Source: Anaerolineae bacterium
Lineage (GTDB): Bacteria; Chloroflexota; Anaerolineae; UBA1429
Length of the DNA: 64,000 nucleotides
Assembly (NCBI GenBank): GCA_963675785.1
Contig: OY776562.1
Coordinates: 2,048,001 to 2,112,000 of the forward strand
Direction: 5' to 3'
Shown here: positions 9,817 through 20,098 of the stretch, piece after piece
Layout: every line of letters begins with the position of its first letter
Numbering within the stretch: position 1 is the first letter of the stretch
Translations under genes and position numbers: made by a program
The notes under the pieces: model-generated
Database searches by the model: none
Told to the model about the DNA's origin: nothing
The model's input: the letters and a program-made list of their open reading frames with translations, nothing else

Positions 9817-10370
9817 TGCAAGAAACAGCCTTTATCCTCATCACCGGAGAAAAGCGCGTCGGCAAGTCGACGCTTGCTGCTCGTGTAGCTGCTCGTGCCC
9901 AAAATAAGGGACTAGAGGTCGGTGGCATCATCGCCGAAGCGACCTGGAAAGATGATGGCAGCAAAGATGGCATCGAGGTTTATAACCCGGCCAGTGGCGA
10001 ACGCCGCAGATTAGCCAATGTGATTCACGATAGCAGGACGCCCACTATCGGCGAATACGCCTTTGAAATGAAAACAGCAGACTGGGCATTGGAAGTGATG
10101 CAACAAGCCCTGGCCTCCCCACTCGATCTGGTTATCATCGATGAAATGGGGCGCCTGGAGCTGTTCTATGGCTGCGGGTACGCGCCACTTGTCCCTCTGT
10201 TCAAGCAAGCACAATCTCGCATAGTCATAATCCTTGTGCGAAATGGTTATGTCAATACTCTCATAGAAAAGAGTGGCATTGAACCCAATGCCACAATCGA
10301 AGTAGACGAACTAAACCGCGACAAGCTACCAGAACGGGTGTACCGACGTTTGCGAAAGTTGCTGAAATGA
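9816..10370 (+). CDS. NTPase_1 (THEP1/DUF2478-like) P-loop protein
   Basis: TGEKRVGKST and VIIDEMGRLE; start overlaps upstream stop. Confidence 0.8.
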   Translation: MQETAFILITGEKRVGKSTLAARVAARAQNKGLEVGGIIAEATWKDDGSKDGIEVYNPASGERRRLANVIHDSRTPTIGEYAFEMKTADWALEVMQQALASPLDLVIIDEMGRLELFYGCGYAPLVPLFKQAQSRIVIILVRNGYVNTLIEKSGIEPNATIEVDELNRDKLPERVYRRLRKLLK

Positions 10371-10371
10371 C

Positions 10372-10399
10372 AAGAGGGGCTGCCAGGCAGCCCCTCTTT
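10372..10399. terminator. Terminator hairpin between convergent genes
   Basis: AAGAGGGGCTGCC-a-GGCAGCCCCTCTT. Confidence 0.7.
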
Positions 10400-10402
10400 A
10401 GT

Positions 10403-12676
10403 TTAGGCATGAATCGTAAATTCAGTCTGCCCCACCGGCAAAGTAGCGCTCTTTAGCATTGGCCCCTCCCTACTGGGGAAAGCCACGAACACTTGCACTG
10501 GGTAATTCCAGCACGTCTCGATGCGCCCACTCACAGAGTTTGCATCCGCCTGCACCTCAGCCATTTCGACACCGCCCATAGAGAAATGTAGATCGGTAGC
10601 CACAAAGGTGGGCTGTTCGTGCCAGGGCAACAGTTTGACCAGGGCATTGCTGTGAGCTGCGACATTCGGAATGGTTAGCGTCTCCCCGGAGGAGAAGACC
10701 CCCAACAAGCGCTGACTCCAGAACTCGTAGGCCAAAAACTTTTCGGTGATACGCTGGCAAACGGCCTCATCTAGCGTCAAATGCAGATCAGTGCGTTCAT
10801 CGTTCCAATTGAACAGGGCCACAGTGACCCAAGGTTCAAGCGCCGCACAGACGGGTTGTATGGGCGTAAGCAACTGCGAGGGGCATTCGGGCGCAAAATA
10901 ATCCAATGGTAGCGAGGGCGAATTCACCGAAGGAATGACGTGGCGATAGAGCGCCTTGCGATCGGCGTCCAACTCGCAGAATTTCTCAGTGAAACAGACG
11001 ATACCGCCGCCCACATACTGATTGAGGGCAATGGTACGAGCTTCATCGTCGTTCCATAGGCCCAGGCTCAGTACGCCATGACGCGTATCGTTGATGGGCA
11101 TAGTGCGACGCCGTACCATCATGGCATCGGGATCTACATGCCACAAGCGTGACATCCAGGTGCGGTAGATGTTCTGTTTGATCTTGGGCAGCGCCGGGGG
11201 ATTATCCCACATACCGGAGACATCGCTGCCGCTACGCTGCGAATTGGCCAGCCCCAGTGAACCACCATAATGCCCGCCGCACACCGAGAGATAAGCCTCA
11301 GGGCCAATGCCACGCCGCACAGCTTGTAAACCACGCTCGTAAGCTTCCAAACGGGTGGCTGAGCGATCGTAAAAACGCACCCGCGGATCGACAAACACCG
11401 AACGCAGGAAATCCAGTTTGTGATAGGTAAAGCCCCAATCCTCGGTCAGACGGCGGTATAGGGTTTCGATATGGTCGCATACGCCAGGATAGGTTGGATC
11501 GAGAACATAGTTAGGACCATCCATAGCGAATTCATGTAGAGTGCCATCTTCCAGACGCAGCAAGGCGTCGGGATAGGAAAAAGCACGCTCTGCATCAGCC
11601 TTGACCAAATAGGGGCAAGTCCAAATGCCGGGACGGTAGCCCAGAGCGCGAATCTTGTCGGCAGCGCGCTTCATGCCACTGGGCCAAAGCTCGTTGCCCC
11701 ACCAATCGCCCCAGTGCATATCCCAGCACTCGTCGATGAGGAACACATCAAGGGGTAGCCGATCCTTCTTCAGATAAGCCAGGTCCTCATCAAAATCCGC
11801 CTCGGCGAAATGGGGGCCATAATAGTACCAACTGCACAGCACCGAAGGCGGGCGTTCGGCAGGTGGCTCCACGTGATGATAGGCACCCACCAAATCGGCA
11901 AAGACAGCGATCAGTTCGTGTTCATCATCGCCGGCCATCAGCAGTACCCACTGGCTGGTGCGCTCGCCGCCGCGCGGCAATACCACATGATCGAACTCGC
12001 ATTCGGCCTGGAACAGCTCCAACTCCTGGCGCTCGATATCAGTGCGCAAGGTAAGGCGGGCCAAATGCCCCTTTTGGCTCAGATAGCCAACCAGCAGCCG
12101 TGTGCCCTCCGACAAGCAGCGATTCTTGAGCACCCCAAAGCTGTCCATCTCGATCTGTCGTGCCGTACCATCAGCTTGGTTGATATAGCCCTGCTCACTG
12201 GCGCGAGCCACGTTTTGAGCATAGTCGCCATCGAATAGACCCGGGCGAACGGAGGTGGGAATGCCATTCTTGTAACGAGCCTGAGCCACTAACTCCCAAC
12301 AGCCGACAGAAGCCCCGTCCAACAGAAAGCCTTCGTGCCCCCGACAGCAGAGAGGATGCAGCGCAACCAGCTCAGCCGGTTCGCTGCCCCGATACATCAA
12401 TCGCTGGCGCAATGCTGTAAGCTTGCCACATAGAGATACCCAAACCTGCCAATAGAGCACAGCCGCCGGTGTCTCGTAACAGTATTCGGTCAAAGAACCC
12501 TCTGCACCGGCAAGGTTCATCGGACGTTCGACAACCTCACGCAGCACCCAACGATCGGCAGCAGGCAGCGCAGGCGATATAGCTGGCAAGGCTAATTCGG
12601 TAACAAGCGCCACCCCTTTAGCATGAACAGTCAGCTTTTGGTCAGCTTGTTCTATCTGAAATGCGAACTGCGTCAT
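10403..12676 (-). CDS. Alpha-galactosidase-like glycoside hydrolase (GH36/clan D)
   Basis: CSWYYY, FLIDECW, GFTYHKLDFL, RSGSDV, VDPD. Confidence 0.85.
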   Translation of the reverse strand: MTQFAFQIEQADQKLTVHAKGVALVTELALPAISPALPAADRWVLREVVERPMNLAGAEGSLTEYCYETPAAVLYWQVWVSLCGKLTALRQRLMYRGSEPAELVALHPLCCRGHEGFLLDGASVGCWELVAQARYKNGIPTSVRPGLFDGDYAQNVARASEQGYINQADGTARQIEMDSFGVLKNRCLSEGTRLLVGYLSQKGHLARLTLRTDIERQELELFQAECEFDHVVLPRGGERTSQWVLLMAGDDEHELIAVFADLVGAYHHVEPPAERPPSVLCSWYYYGPHFAEADFDEDLAYLKKDRLPLDVFLIDECWDMHWGDWWGNELWPSGMKRAADKIRALGYRPGIWTCPYLVKADAERAFSYPDALLRLEDGTLHEFAMDGPNYVLDPTYPGVCDHIETLYRRLTEDWGFTYHKLDFLRSVFVDPRVRFYDRSATRLEAYERGLQAVRRGIGPEAYLSVCGGHYGGSLGLANSQRSGSDVSGMWDNPPALPKIKQNIYRTWMSRLWHVDPDAMMVRRRTMPINDTRHGVLSLGLWNDDEARTIALNQYVGGGIVCFTEKFCELDADRKALYRHVIPSVNSPSLPLDYFAPECPSQLLTPIQPVCAALEPWVTVALFNWNDERTDLHLTLDEAVCQRITEKFLAYEFWSQRLLGVFSSGETLTIPNVAAHSNALVKLLPWHEQPTFVATDLHFSMGGVEMAEVQADANSVSGRIETCWNYPVQVFVAFPSREGPMLKSATLPVGQTEFTIHA

Positions 12677-12755
12677 TTATCCCCCCCAATGAACATATAT
12701 AAACAACGAGGGCTCTTCCCTAAAAGGAAAAAGCCCTCGCCACAAAGCATTACAG

Positions 12756-13829
12756 TTATTCGACCTTGACGGCCTGCATCTCACACTTGACGCAAAGCTC
12801 AGCAGCCTTGAGCGCATGCTCCTGGGTCATGGCTTTATCGGTACGGTTGATGCAGTCGAGAATCAGCTCACCAAAGTAGGGGAAGCCGATCTTGCCATGG
12901 ACGTCAAAGCGATGCTCGCCTTCGTGGTTGACCATGTATACATGATCGCCCTCAGGATCGCGGGTTATATCGATGTACTTGCGCATCTCGATATAGCCTT
13001 CGGTGCCCAGCAAGAAGGTGCGACCATCGCCCCAGGTACCCAAACCATCGGGGGTGAACCAGTCGCAGCGGAAATAGCCCGTGGCGCCGTTATCAGCCAA
13101 CAATGAAGCATCACCAAAGTCCTCGAGCTCGGGGTAATCCTTGAACTTGTAGTTGGCAACCTTGGCCGAAAGCACGGTAGCATCTTGGGCTCCTGTGTAA
13201 TACAGGAACTGCTCGATCTGATGGCTACCAATGTCCGTCAGGATGCCGCCATAGTACTTTTTGATAAAGAACCAGTCGGGGCGGGTCTCCAAGCGAATGC
13301 GGTGTGGGCCCATGCCAAGTGTTTGTACTACGCGGCCGATGGCGCCCTGCTTGACGAGCTGTCCGGCGTAGACGGCGGCCTCAACATGGAGACGCTCTGA
13401 ATAGTAGACCATGTACTTGAGACCGGTTTCAGCCGTCTTGGCCCGAACCTCAGCCAGCTGACCGAGCGTGGTCAATGGGCATTTGTCGGTAAAATAATCC
13501 TTGCCAGCATCCATGACGCGCAACCCCAGCGGAGCACGCTCTGAAGGAACTGCCGCGGCAGCAACGAGCTTGACTTCGGGATCTTCCAGTACCTCGGCCT
13601 CGCTGCGGGCCACTTTGGCGTCGGGAAAACGGCCGCGAAACTCTTTTACTTTGGCGGGATCGGGATCATACACCCATTTGAGCTCGGCACCAGCCTCGAC
13701 TAGGCCATTGCACATGCCAAAGATGTGCCCGTGATCCAACGCGACTGCAGCGAACTTGAACTCACCAGGACCTACAACGGCCGAAACCTTGCCCTCGGGA
13801 GCATAGTTCATGCCATCTGCTTTTTGCAT
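12756..13829 (-). CDS. Gfo/Idh/MocA oxidoreductase
   Basis: LDHGHIFGM, DYFTDKCP, GGILTDIGSHQ. Confidence 0.9.
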   Translation of the reverse strand: MQKADGMNYAPEGKVSAVVGPGEFKFAAVALDHGHIFGMCNGLVEAGAELKWVYDPDPAKVKEFRGRFPDAKVARSEAEVLEDPEVKLVAAAAVPSERAPLGLRVMDAGKDYFTDKCPLTTLGQLAEVRAKTAETGLKYMVYYSERLHVEAAVYAGQLVKQGAIGRVVQTLGMGPHRIRLETRPDWFFIKKYYGGILTDIGSHQIEQFLYYTGAQDATVLSAKVANYKFKDYPELEDFGDASLLADNGATGYFRCDWFTPDGLGTWGDGRTFLLGTEGYIEMRKYIDITRDPEGDHVYMVNHEGEHRFDVHGKIGFPYFGELILDCINRTDKAMTQEHALKAAELCVKCEMQAVKVE

Positions 13830-13903
13830 GTTGCCTCCTATAAATATCCATAACTGCGCCCTATTCTAGACATCTGAATCAAAATGTGCAATCGAATGCG
13901 CAG

Positions 13904-16402
13904 CTAATCCTGGAACCCTTCGACAATGCGGGCATAGCGCTGGACAAGCTCTTCGGCCTGCGCCTCACTTCGTGACTGGGTATAGATCTGAAAGCGCGGT
14001 TGGTCTTCATCCGGTGAAATCAACACCCATTCATCTTTGCCCAACTCTACCTTGACACCATCCATCTGGCGCCCCATCAGGCGATCCTTGAACTGTTCGT
14101 TCAACAAGCGCATGACTTGCCCCTTTGTCTCCCAGGGACAGGCCACTACACCCTGCGCCGTATAGTACTCGGGTATTTGGGCCAACGCACCAGAAAGTGA
14201 GCAGGCCTGCGTAGTCATAAACTCGCTCATCTTGACCACTGTCATAATGCCATCAACCACAGGTTGAAAATCTGGCCAGATAAAAGCGCCATAGCCATTA
14301 ACTGCCAGAATAACCTCCGGATCGTTGGCAGCTGCCATCAAGGCATAGCTGTTGTTCTTGGTACGCGCAACCCTACCGCCATTCTGCTCGGCAATTTTTT
14401 CAAAGATGTTGGGCATTGAAACAGGCACAGCAATGGTACCGCCACCCCGTTTGCGAAGAGCCATTAAAGCAACAGCCGCAGCCAGGCGGACACCCGAAAC
14501 CATCTTGCCCTGCTCATCGACGACATAGACACGCTCGCCACCAACATCGAGGCGAACGCCAAAGCAGATATCTAGAGCGCCGCAGATGCGCCCCAGTTGG
14601 ATCAACGCCTCTTGAAATTCCTGGGAGGGGATGGACATCTTGGTTTCATCGACCGAGCTGTTGAGTGCCACAGCGCGAATGTTCAGGCCGGCCTCCAGGC
14701 GAGGCAAGAGCTCGGCAGCAGGCGCGTTGGCAAAATCGAGCACCATACGCGGGCTGGCAGCGGCAATGGCCTCAACATCGACCACACGCATGAATGCTTC
14801 CATATAGCGGTCATAGACGTGTTCGGCATAATCGATGGTGCCGATTTCATCCAAATAGACTCGCCGAAAATCCTCGCGGAAATAGATCTTTTCAATGTTG
14901 CGCTCGGCGTCTTTGCTAAGGTCCTGGCCTGAGGCGTCAAAGAACTTGATGTCGACCACGCGATTATCAAAAGGTGATAGTCGCACATGCATACCCCCCT
15001 GGGCATCGCCAGAGCGGGTGATAAAGCGTGCTACGGGGATGGGCACTGAACCCACGTCGGACACATTGACGCCAGCCGAAGGCAAGCCAGAGATAGCACC
15101 GCGCTTGAGCATGCGCGGACTGCGGTGCGGATCACGGTTCATGATAACCGTGCTGCCTTTGGGCAGCGTAGCGGCAAAAGCTGCCCCAAGTCGTGCAGCA
15201 AACTCGGGAGTGAGGTCCACGTTCACCAGGCCAGTTACGCCATAGCGGCCAAATAACACGCGGCGCCCCTGTGCTCCCCAGATAATGCTGGTGCGCACGG
15301 TTGCGCCAGCTTCTATTTCCTTTTGCGGCCAAATTTTGACGCCAGGATGAATGACAGCGCCCTCGTCGATGACAGACGAGTCGCCCACAACAGCCCCTTC
15401 AAAGATGACAGCTTTGCTCTTGATAGCACAGTGTCGACAGATGATGGCTCCGCGCAATTCCACGCCTTCACCAATGTAGCAGTTGCGCCAAATGATACTG
15501 TGCTCTACATGAGCGCCGTTATCTACAACGCTGTAATCCCGAATGACTGTGGGGCCATGAATAGTCACGCCGCCTTTGATTTTGACGCCCTGCCCCAAGT
15601 AAATGGGGCCATAGAGCTGAGCATCCGGCGCAATCTCGACACCCTCGGCGCAATAAATGTCCTCGCCCAATCTTTCACCCAGAGGCTCTGTCTTGACAAG
15701 GCCACTCAATACATCACCAGTAGCACGCATGTACTCGGCAATGTTGCCCACATCGCACCAATAGCCCTTGCCCACAAAGCCATAGAGCGGCTCTTCTTTT
15801 TCCATCAAAAGAGGAAAGAGGTCTTTTGAGAAATCGTACTGGATACCGGGTGCAAAGTAATCCAAGACGCGCGGCTCCAGCACATAAATGCCAGTGTTGA
15901 CGGTATCCGAAATAACTTCGCCCCAGCTGGGTTTTTCCTGAAAGCGCTGAATGCGTCCCTGGTTATCGGTAATGATGACGCCGTATTCAAGGGGGTCTGA
16001 AACATGATACAGGGTCAGCGTCGCAGCGGCGTGGCGCTCTTTGTGAAAGTTGATGACCTCGGTAAGGTCGATATCCGTGATGCTATCACCGCTGATGACA
16101 ATAAATGTGTCATCCAATAATTCCTGAGCCTGCTTGACACTGCCAGCCGTCCCCAGCGGTGACTCTTCGATGCTGTATTCGATGTTCATGCCCAAACTGG
16201 AGCCGTCACCAAAAAAGTCTTGCACATCGGAAGCACGATACTGTAAGGTCACGATGACATCGGTAATGCCATGGCGCTTGAGAAGATCGAGAATGTGGCC
16301 AATGACGGGCTTGTTGGCAACAGGGACCATTGGCTTGGGGCGGTTCATCGTCAGCGGGCGCAAACGAGTGCCACTACCACCTGCCATCACAACTGCTTTC
16401 AT
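13904..16402 (-). CDS. Mannose-1-phosphate guanylyltransferase fused to phosphomannomutase-like domain
   Basis: [13 protein letters not shown], hexapeptide repeats, LFGRYGVTG start of PMM domain. Confidence 0.9.
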   Translation of the reverse strand: MKAVVMAGGSGTRLRPLTMNRPKPMVPVANKPVIGHILDLLKRHGITDVIVTLQYRASDVQDFFGDGSSLGMNIEYSIEESPLGTAGSVKQAQELLDDTFIVISGDSITDIDLTEVINFHKERHAAATLTLYHVSDPLEYGVIITDNQGRIQRFQEKPSWGEVISDTVNTGIYVLEPRVLDYFAPGIQYDFSKDLFPLLMEKEEPLYGFVGKGYWCDVGNIAEYMRATGDVLSGLVKTEPLGERLGEDIYCAEGVEIAPDAQLYGPIYLGQGVKIKGGVTIHGPTVIRDYSVVDNGAHVEHSIIWRNCYIGEGVELRGAIICRHCAIKSKAVIFEGAVVGDSSVIDEGAVIHPGVKIWPQKEIEAGATVRTSIIWGAQGRRVLFGRYGVTGLVNVDLTPEFAARLGAAFAATLPKGSTVIMNRDPHRSPRMLKRGAISGLPSAGVNVSDVGSVPIPVARFITRSGDAQGGMHVRLSPFDNRVVDIKFFDASGQDLSKDAERNIEKIYFREDFRRVYLDEIGTIDYAEHVYDRYMEAFMRVVDVEAIAAASPRMVLDFANAPAAELLPRLEAGLNIRAVALNSSVDETKMSIPSQEFQEALIQLGRICGALDICFGVRLDVGGERVYVVDEQGKMVSGVRLAAAVALMALRKRGGGTIAVPVSMPNIFEKIAEQNGGRVARTKNNSYALMAAANDPEVILAVNGYGAFIWPDFQPVVDGIMTVVKMSEFMTTQACSLSGALAQIPEYYTAQGVVACPWETKGQVMRLLNEQFKDRLMGRQMDGVKVELGKDEWVLISPDEDQPRFQIYTQSRSEAQAEELVQRYARIVEGFQD

Positions 16403-16535
16403 AGCATCATACCTCCAGACGGCATCGGAAAACGTTTGAAATCTATACGAAGGCTAACCTAAAGCGCTTGAATTATAACACACGCCTGGGCTCTCTGGTA
16501 GGCGAAAATGGGGGCGCGGCTGGTTGCCCGGTCGC

Positions 16536-16565
16536 AAAAAAAGCGCCCTCTCATAGAGAGGGCGC
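16536..16565 (-). terminator. Intrinsic terminator of rplY
   Basis: GCGCCCTCTC-tat-GAGAGGGCGC followed by T7 on the minus strand. Confidence 0.8.
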
Positions 16566-16587
16566 CTGAACGTGCCTAACTTGACAA

Positions 16588-16878
16588 CTAGGCCTGCCGC
16601 AAGAAATCGACGTGAACTAGTACACTGGTTACAGGATCGCGCTGAAGTTCTTTGACAACAACAGCTTCGGTGCCGACACCTTCGATCTCGAGATTGAGCT
16701 CCATATCCAGGCCAGTCTTACCAAAGAGCATATCAAGAGTATGGGTGTTGATCTGCAGATGCCTGGTCTCATAGCCGGGGCCATAGATCACCGCCGGAAT
16801 AAAACCGGAACGACGCAAGGCGCGCGGATTCATGCTCTCATCGCGCAGAGTGGCTGCAAGTGCAGCTTTGCTCGCCAT
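16588..16878 (-). CDS. rplY: 50S ribosomal protein L25, single-domain form
   Basis: LRRSGFIPAVIYG and VVKELQRDPV...HVDF. Confidence 0.9.
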   Translation of the reverse strand: MASKAALAATLRDESMNPRALRRSGFIPAVIYGPGYETRHLQINTHTLDMLFGKTGLDMELNLEIEGVGTEAVVVKELQRDPVTSVLVHVDFLRQA

Positions 16879-17004
16879 AATTCATAACCCCCTATTGTGC
16901 CCATATGGGCTGCCGCGAAGAGCCGACACCCGAGCGAGGGCCTAGACGGGGTGACCACTGCTCGAAGGATACATGCTCCTCACATGTATACTTATCAATT
17001 AACC

Positions 17005-17032
17005 AGTATACCTTGCCCCAAGTTTGCGTCAA
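17005..17032 (-). promoter_or_regulatory. Sigma70 promoter of rplY
   Basis: TTGACG-16bp-TATACT. Confidence 0.6.
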
Positions 17033-17131
17033 ATAGAGCACCCTAGCACTTGACGCCCTGGCACTATAGAGCTAGATTCCCAGCCAGCAAGGTCGGCACC
17101 TCTTTAAACCGCAAAAACAAGGAGTTGCAGC

Positions 17132-18253
17132 ATGGGTATATCCGTTGCCATGGTGGGTTTGGGCGCCTTTGGCAGTAATTTCGTCGAACTCTATCGAGAT
17201 CATCCGCTCGTCTCGCGCATTGCCTTATGCGACCTAGACCCTCAAAAATTGGCAACAGCCTCGGAAAAATTCGGTATCAGTGAATGCTATGACAGCCTAG
17301 AGGCCGTCCTTGCTTCGGATATCGAGGCCGTGGTCATTATCACCCAGCATTGGATGCACGCCAAGCAAGCTATGCAGGCACTGAAAGCTGGCAAGCACGT
17401 TTATTCGGCCGTGCCAGCTGTGTACGGACTAGAGAGCGATGCCATCCTAGAATTGTTGGATGAATTGGTCGATACCGTCAAGAGGACCGGACAGGTATAC
17501 ATGATGGGCGAAACCAGCCGATATCGCGCCGAAACCATTTTTGCCCTGCAGCAAGCCGCTCAGGGAGCTTTTGGCGAGATAACCTATGCCGAATGTGAAT
17601 ACTGGCATGACTTGGATAGCCCCGAATCCAATCTGCGTAACGTGTTCCGTCGCAGATGGGGCGCCAATTGGGGAGATGACAAGCGGGGTGATATCCCCAT
17701 GTTCTATCCTACCCATGCCTTGTGTGGCCCTATTACAGTGCTCGACACCCATATGGCTAGTGTATCTGCCCGAGGCTATGTCTATCCCAATGATGACTGG
17801 TTTTTGGCGGACGGTTATTGGGGGAATGTGTTCTCTAACGAATTGGCCATGTATCAAGCAGCCAACGGCACACTGGTGCGTCATTGTGAATTTCGCCGCA
17901 TTGGCCACACCAACCTGGAGGCCTTTTCGGTGTACGGCACCGAGGCTTCGTTCGTCAACGATGCTGCTGGCCCACATTGGGTAACTCGGAGCAAAGTGGA
18001 GGCCGTCGATTTGAGTGCGTTGCGTGAGGAACTGCCCGCTCCTCTGGCCAAAGACTTGGGAGGGCACGGCGGTTCGCACGCCTACCTGGTGCACGAGTTC
18101 GTCTCGGCCTGCGCCGAACAGCGCCAACCCAGTGTGAACGTGTGGCAGGCGGCGCGCTATCTGGCGCCGGGCATAGTAGCGCATAAATCCGCCCTACGAG
18201 ATGGTGAATGGCTCAGTATCCCCGATTGGGGCGATACGCCGAATAGTCTGTAA
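17132..18253 (+). CDS. Gfo/Idh/MocA oxidoreductase
   Basis: VGLGAFG, KHVYSAVP, YPTH, GGHGGSH. Confidence 0.88.
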   Translation: MGISVAMVGLGAFGSNFVELYRDHPLVSRIALCDLDPQKLATASEKFGISECYDSLEAVLASDIEAVVIITQHWMHAKQAMQALKAGKHVYSAVPAVYGLESDAILELLDELVDTVKRTGQVYMMGETSRYRAETIFALQQAAQGAFGEITYAECEYWHDLDSPESNLRNVFRRRWGANWGDDKRGDIPMFYPTHALCGPITVLDTHMASVSARGYVYPNDDWFLADGYWGNVFSNELAMYQAANGTLVRHCEFRRIGHTNLEAFSVYGTEASFVNDAAGPHWVTRSKVEAVDLSALREELPAPLAKDLGGHGGSHAYLVHEFVSACAEQRQPSVNVWQAARYLAPGIVAHKSALRDGEWLSIPDWGDTPNSL

Positions 18254-18260
18254 AACATCA

Positions 18261-18293
18261 AGGGGCGCCGCTAGTAGCGGCGCCCCTGATTTT
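18261..18293. terminator. Terminator between convergent genes
   Basis: AGGGGCGCCGCTA-g-TAGCGGCGCCCCT. Confidence 0.75.
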
Positions 18294-19461
18294 ACCTTGA
18301 AAAGTAGATACGCAATGTATCCTCTTGAATGGAAGCGGAAGTTGGCTGCATGGCCGCCAAATAGGCCGGCAGCACAAGCCGCCGCTGATTGTTGCCCAGC
18401 CGCACCATCAGTTCATCGCCATGTTTTTCCAGCTCAATGTTCTGACTCGAGACACCCGAAATCCTCAAGGCCATAATCTGCTGCTCCCCCTCAGCGTAGA
18501 ACCAAAGTGTATCCTCGCTGGAAAGGCGTTCGTGGGGATCTAGCTCGCCAAAGAGACCCTCGGCCAATTGAACCAGAGCCTCAACACCAAGCACTTCGGA
18601 GGGCATGAGCGGCACCTCGAACACCGGCAGCGGCGCAAACATCTCTTTGACGTCCTCAGTCAGCCGGCGCTGATCAACTTTCCAACGCTCAAAGAAGGTG
18701 TCCTCCAACGTATCGGGATAGAGGCGGTTGACAAACAGCGCATCCACCGAAAGGCCAAAGAGGCTGGCATAGGTAAAAGCACGCTGAGTTTCGCGTACGG
18801 CCATGGTTTCGGGGTTGAGCACCAGGCGAACCGAGGTATGTTCGCCATCGGTAAGGATGGCTCGCAGATCATTGATCTCGTCGACGATGTGTTCCAGTTG
18901 AGATTGCACGGCCTGTTCGGTGATGGGCAAACTGGTCGCTTTGCGCAGGGCCGGCGCTGCAAAGCGCATCAATCCACGCGATAGGCCGGCAATGTTGCGC
19001 GTATACCAGCGGGCCAGATCGGGAGCACTAAGCAGCCGCATGGCGGCACCCGTAGGAGCACTGTCAATCACCAATGTGTCGTACTCGCCCGCTTCCGATA
19101 TCTCGCGGATGCGTAAAAGAGCAATGATCTCGTCCAAACCGGGAAGCACAGCCAGCTCGCCGGCAATGCCATCGGGCATACCTTTGTCACGCAGCACGGC
19201 GGTCAGCCGAGCACGAATGTTGCCCCAATAGCGTTCCAACTCCTGACTGGTGTCTAATTCAGCCGCCCAGAGATTATCCTGGCCAGCAACGGGCACGGGA
19301 TCGTTGCCCAGAGTTACATCCAGCACATCGGCGAGGTTATGGGCCACATCGGTGCTAATGGCCAGAGTGCGATGGCCCCGTCGAGCGCAAGCCAAAGCCG
19401 TAGAAGCAGAGAGCGTGGTTTTACCCACGCCCCCTTTGCCTGTATAGAGAATCGTTCGCAC
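18292..19461 (-). CDS. ArsA/Get3-family ATPase with C-terminal alpha-crystallin-like domain
   Basis: GKGGVGKTT, STDVAHNL, LPGLDEI, IDSAPTG; C-terminal IELEKHGDELMVRLGN beta-sandwich. Confidence 0.9.
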   Translation of the reverse strand: MRTILYTGKGGVGKTTLSASTALACARRGHRTLAISTDVAHNLADVLDVTLGNDPVPVAGQDNLWAAELDTSQELERYWGNIRARLTAVLRDKGMPDGIAGELAVLPGLDEIIALLRIREISEAGEYDTLVIDSAPTGAAMRLLSAPDLARWYTRNIAGLSRGLMRFAAPALRKATSLPITEQAVQSQLEHIVDEINDLRAILTDGEHTSVRLVLNPETMAVRETQRAFTYASLFGLSVDALFVNRLYPDTLEDTFFERWKVDQRRLTEDVKEMFAPLPVFEVPLMPSEVLGVEALVQLAEGLFGELDPHERLSSEDTLWFYAEGEQQIMALRISGVSSQNIELEKHGDELMVRLGNNQRRLVLPAYLAAMQPTSASIQEDTLRIYFSR

Positions 19462-19462
19462 G

Positions 19463-19957
19463 CTATTCGAGGCCTAGAAGCTCATCGATGGCGGCGACTA
19501 GTTCTTCACGGTTCTTGGTCGTGATTTCGTGCTGACGGATTACATTCAACTGCTCGGCAGAAAGCCCGGCAAGACGAGCGATGACTTCTTTGGGTTCAAG
19601 CGTGTCATAGCCGTCGATGGCCAGCACCGGTACGCGCAAGGGCTTGGTGTCAGCCTGAGCAGGCTCGTCTTTGCGCCTTACAACGCGCATAACTGCCTGC
19701 GTGACGGGTCCCGGATGCTCGATCTCGTCGGCACCAGCCTCAGCCGCTTTTTCTACAACCTTGATGGCGCCGCGCACCAACAAAATACCAGCACCCAAAC
19801 CGATAAGAAGGACTTTTTTAGCAACATTGGCCACCGGCTGCAAATCAACCTCGGGCAGTTTAATGTCCTCCAGCTTGGGCATCTTGATTTCGTACTCGAC
19901 AACCCGTTCCTGGGCATCCACATGAGGTGCGGTGCCCGCGAATTCCTGACTGGACAT
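19463..19957 (-). CDS. Hypothetical protein with phasin-like N-terminal helix and small C-terminal helical domain
   Basis: AGGAG RBS; KKVLLIGLGAG segment; IDGYDTLEPKEVIARLAGLS...E...KNR tail. Confidence 0.7.
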   Translation of the reverse strand: MSSQEFAGTAPHVDAQERVVEYEIKMPKLEDIKLPEVDLQPVANVAKKVLLIGLGAGILLVRGAIKVVEKAAEAGADEIEHPGPVTQAVMRVVRRKDEPAQADTKPLRVPVLAIDGYDTLEPKEVIARLAGLSAEQLNVIRQHEITTKNREELVAAIDELLGLE

Positions 19958-19993
19958 ATTAATACTCCTATTCTAGGTCTATATAAGACGTAC

Positions 19994-20022
19994 ACTATAC
20001 GTAAAACCCCGCCCAGAGTTGC
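19994..20022 (-). promoter_or_regulatory. ECF (SigW-like) promoter
   Basis: GCAACTCT-N11-TACGTATAGT; AAC-16bp-CGTA geometry; same boxes as at 36720-36748. Confidence 0.75.
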
Positions 20023-20098
20023 GAAGATACGCGTTAACGGTTTGTGAGCGTTCCTCTCGCGTGTTAGAATAGGCCTCGCAAGACTAAACTGGATAGAC

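Noticed and set aside
16442-16471. Third ECF promoter upstream of the mannose-1-phosphate guanylyltransferase gene (CAAGC-16bp-CGTATAG)
   Set aside because: The -35 lacks the AAC core, and a good extended -10 (TGTGTTATAAT) just upstream explains transcription
18292-19461. Arsenic resistance ATPase
   Set aside because: Single NBD, no metalloid-binding Cys set and no arsB/acr3/arsC/arsR neighbours
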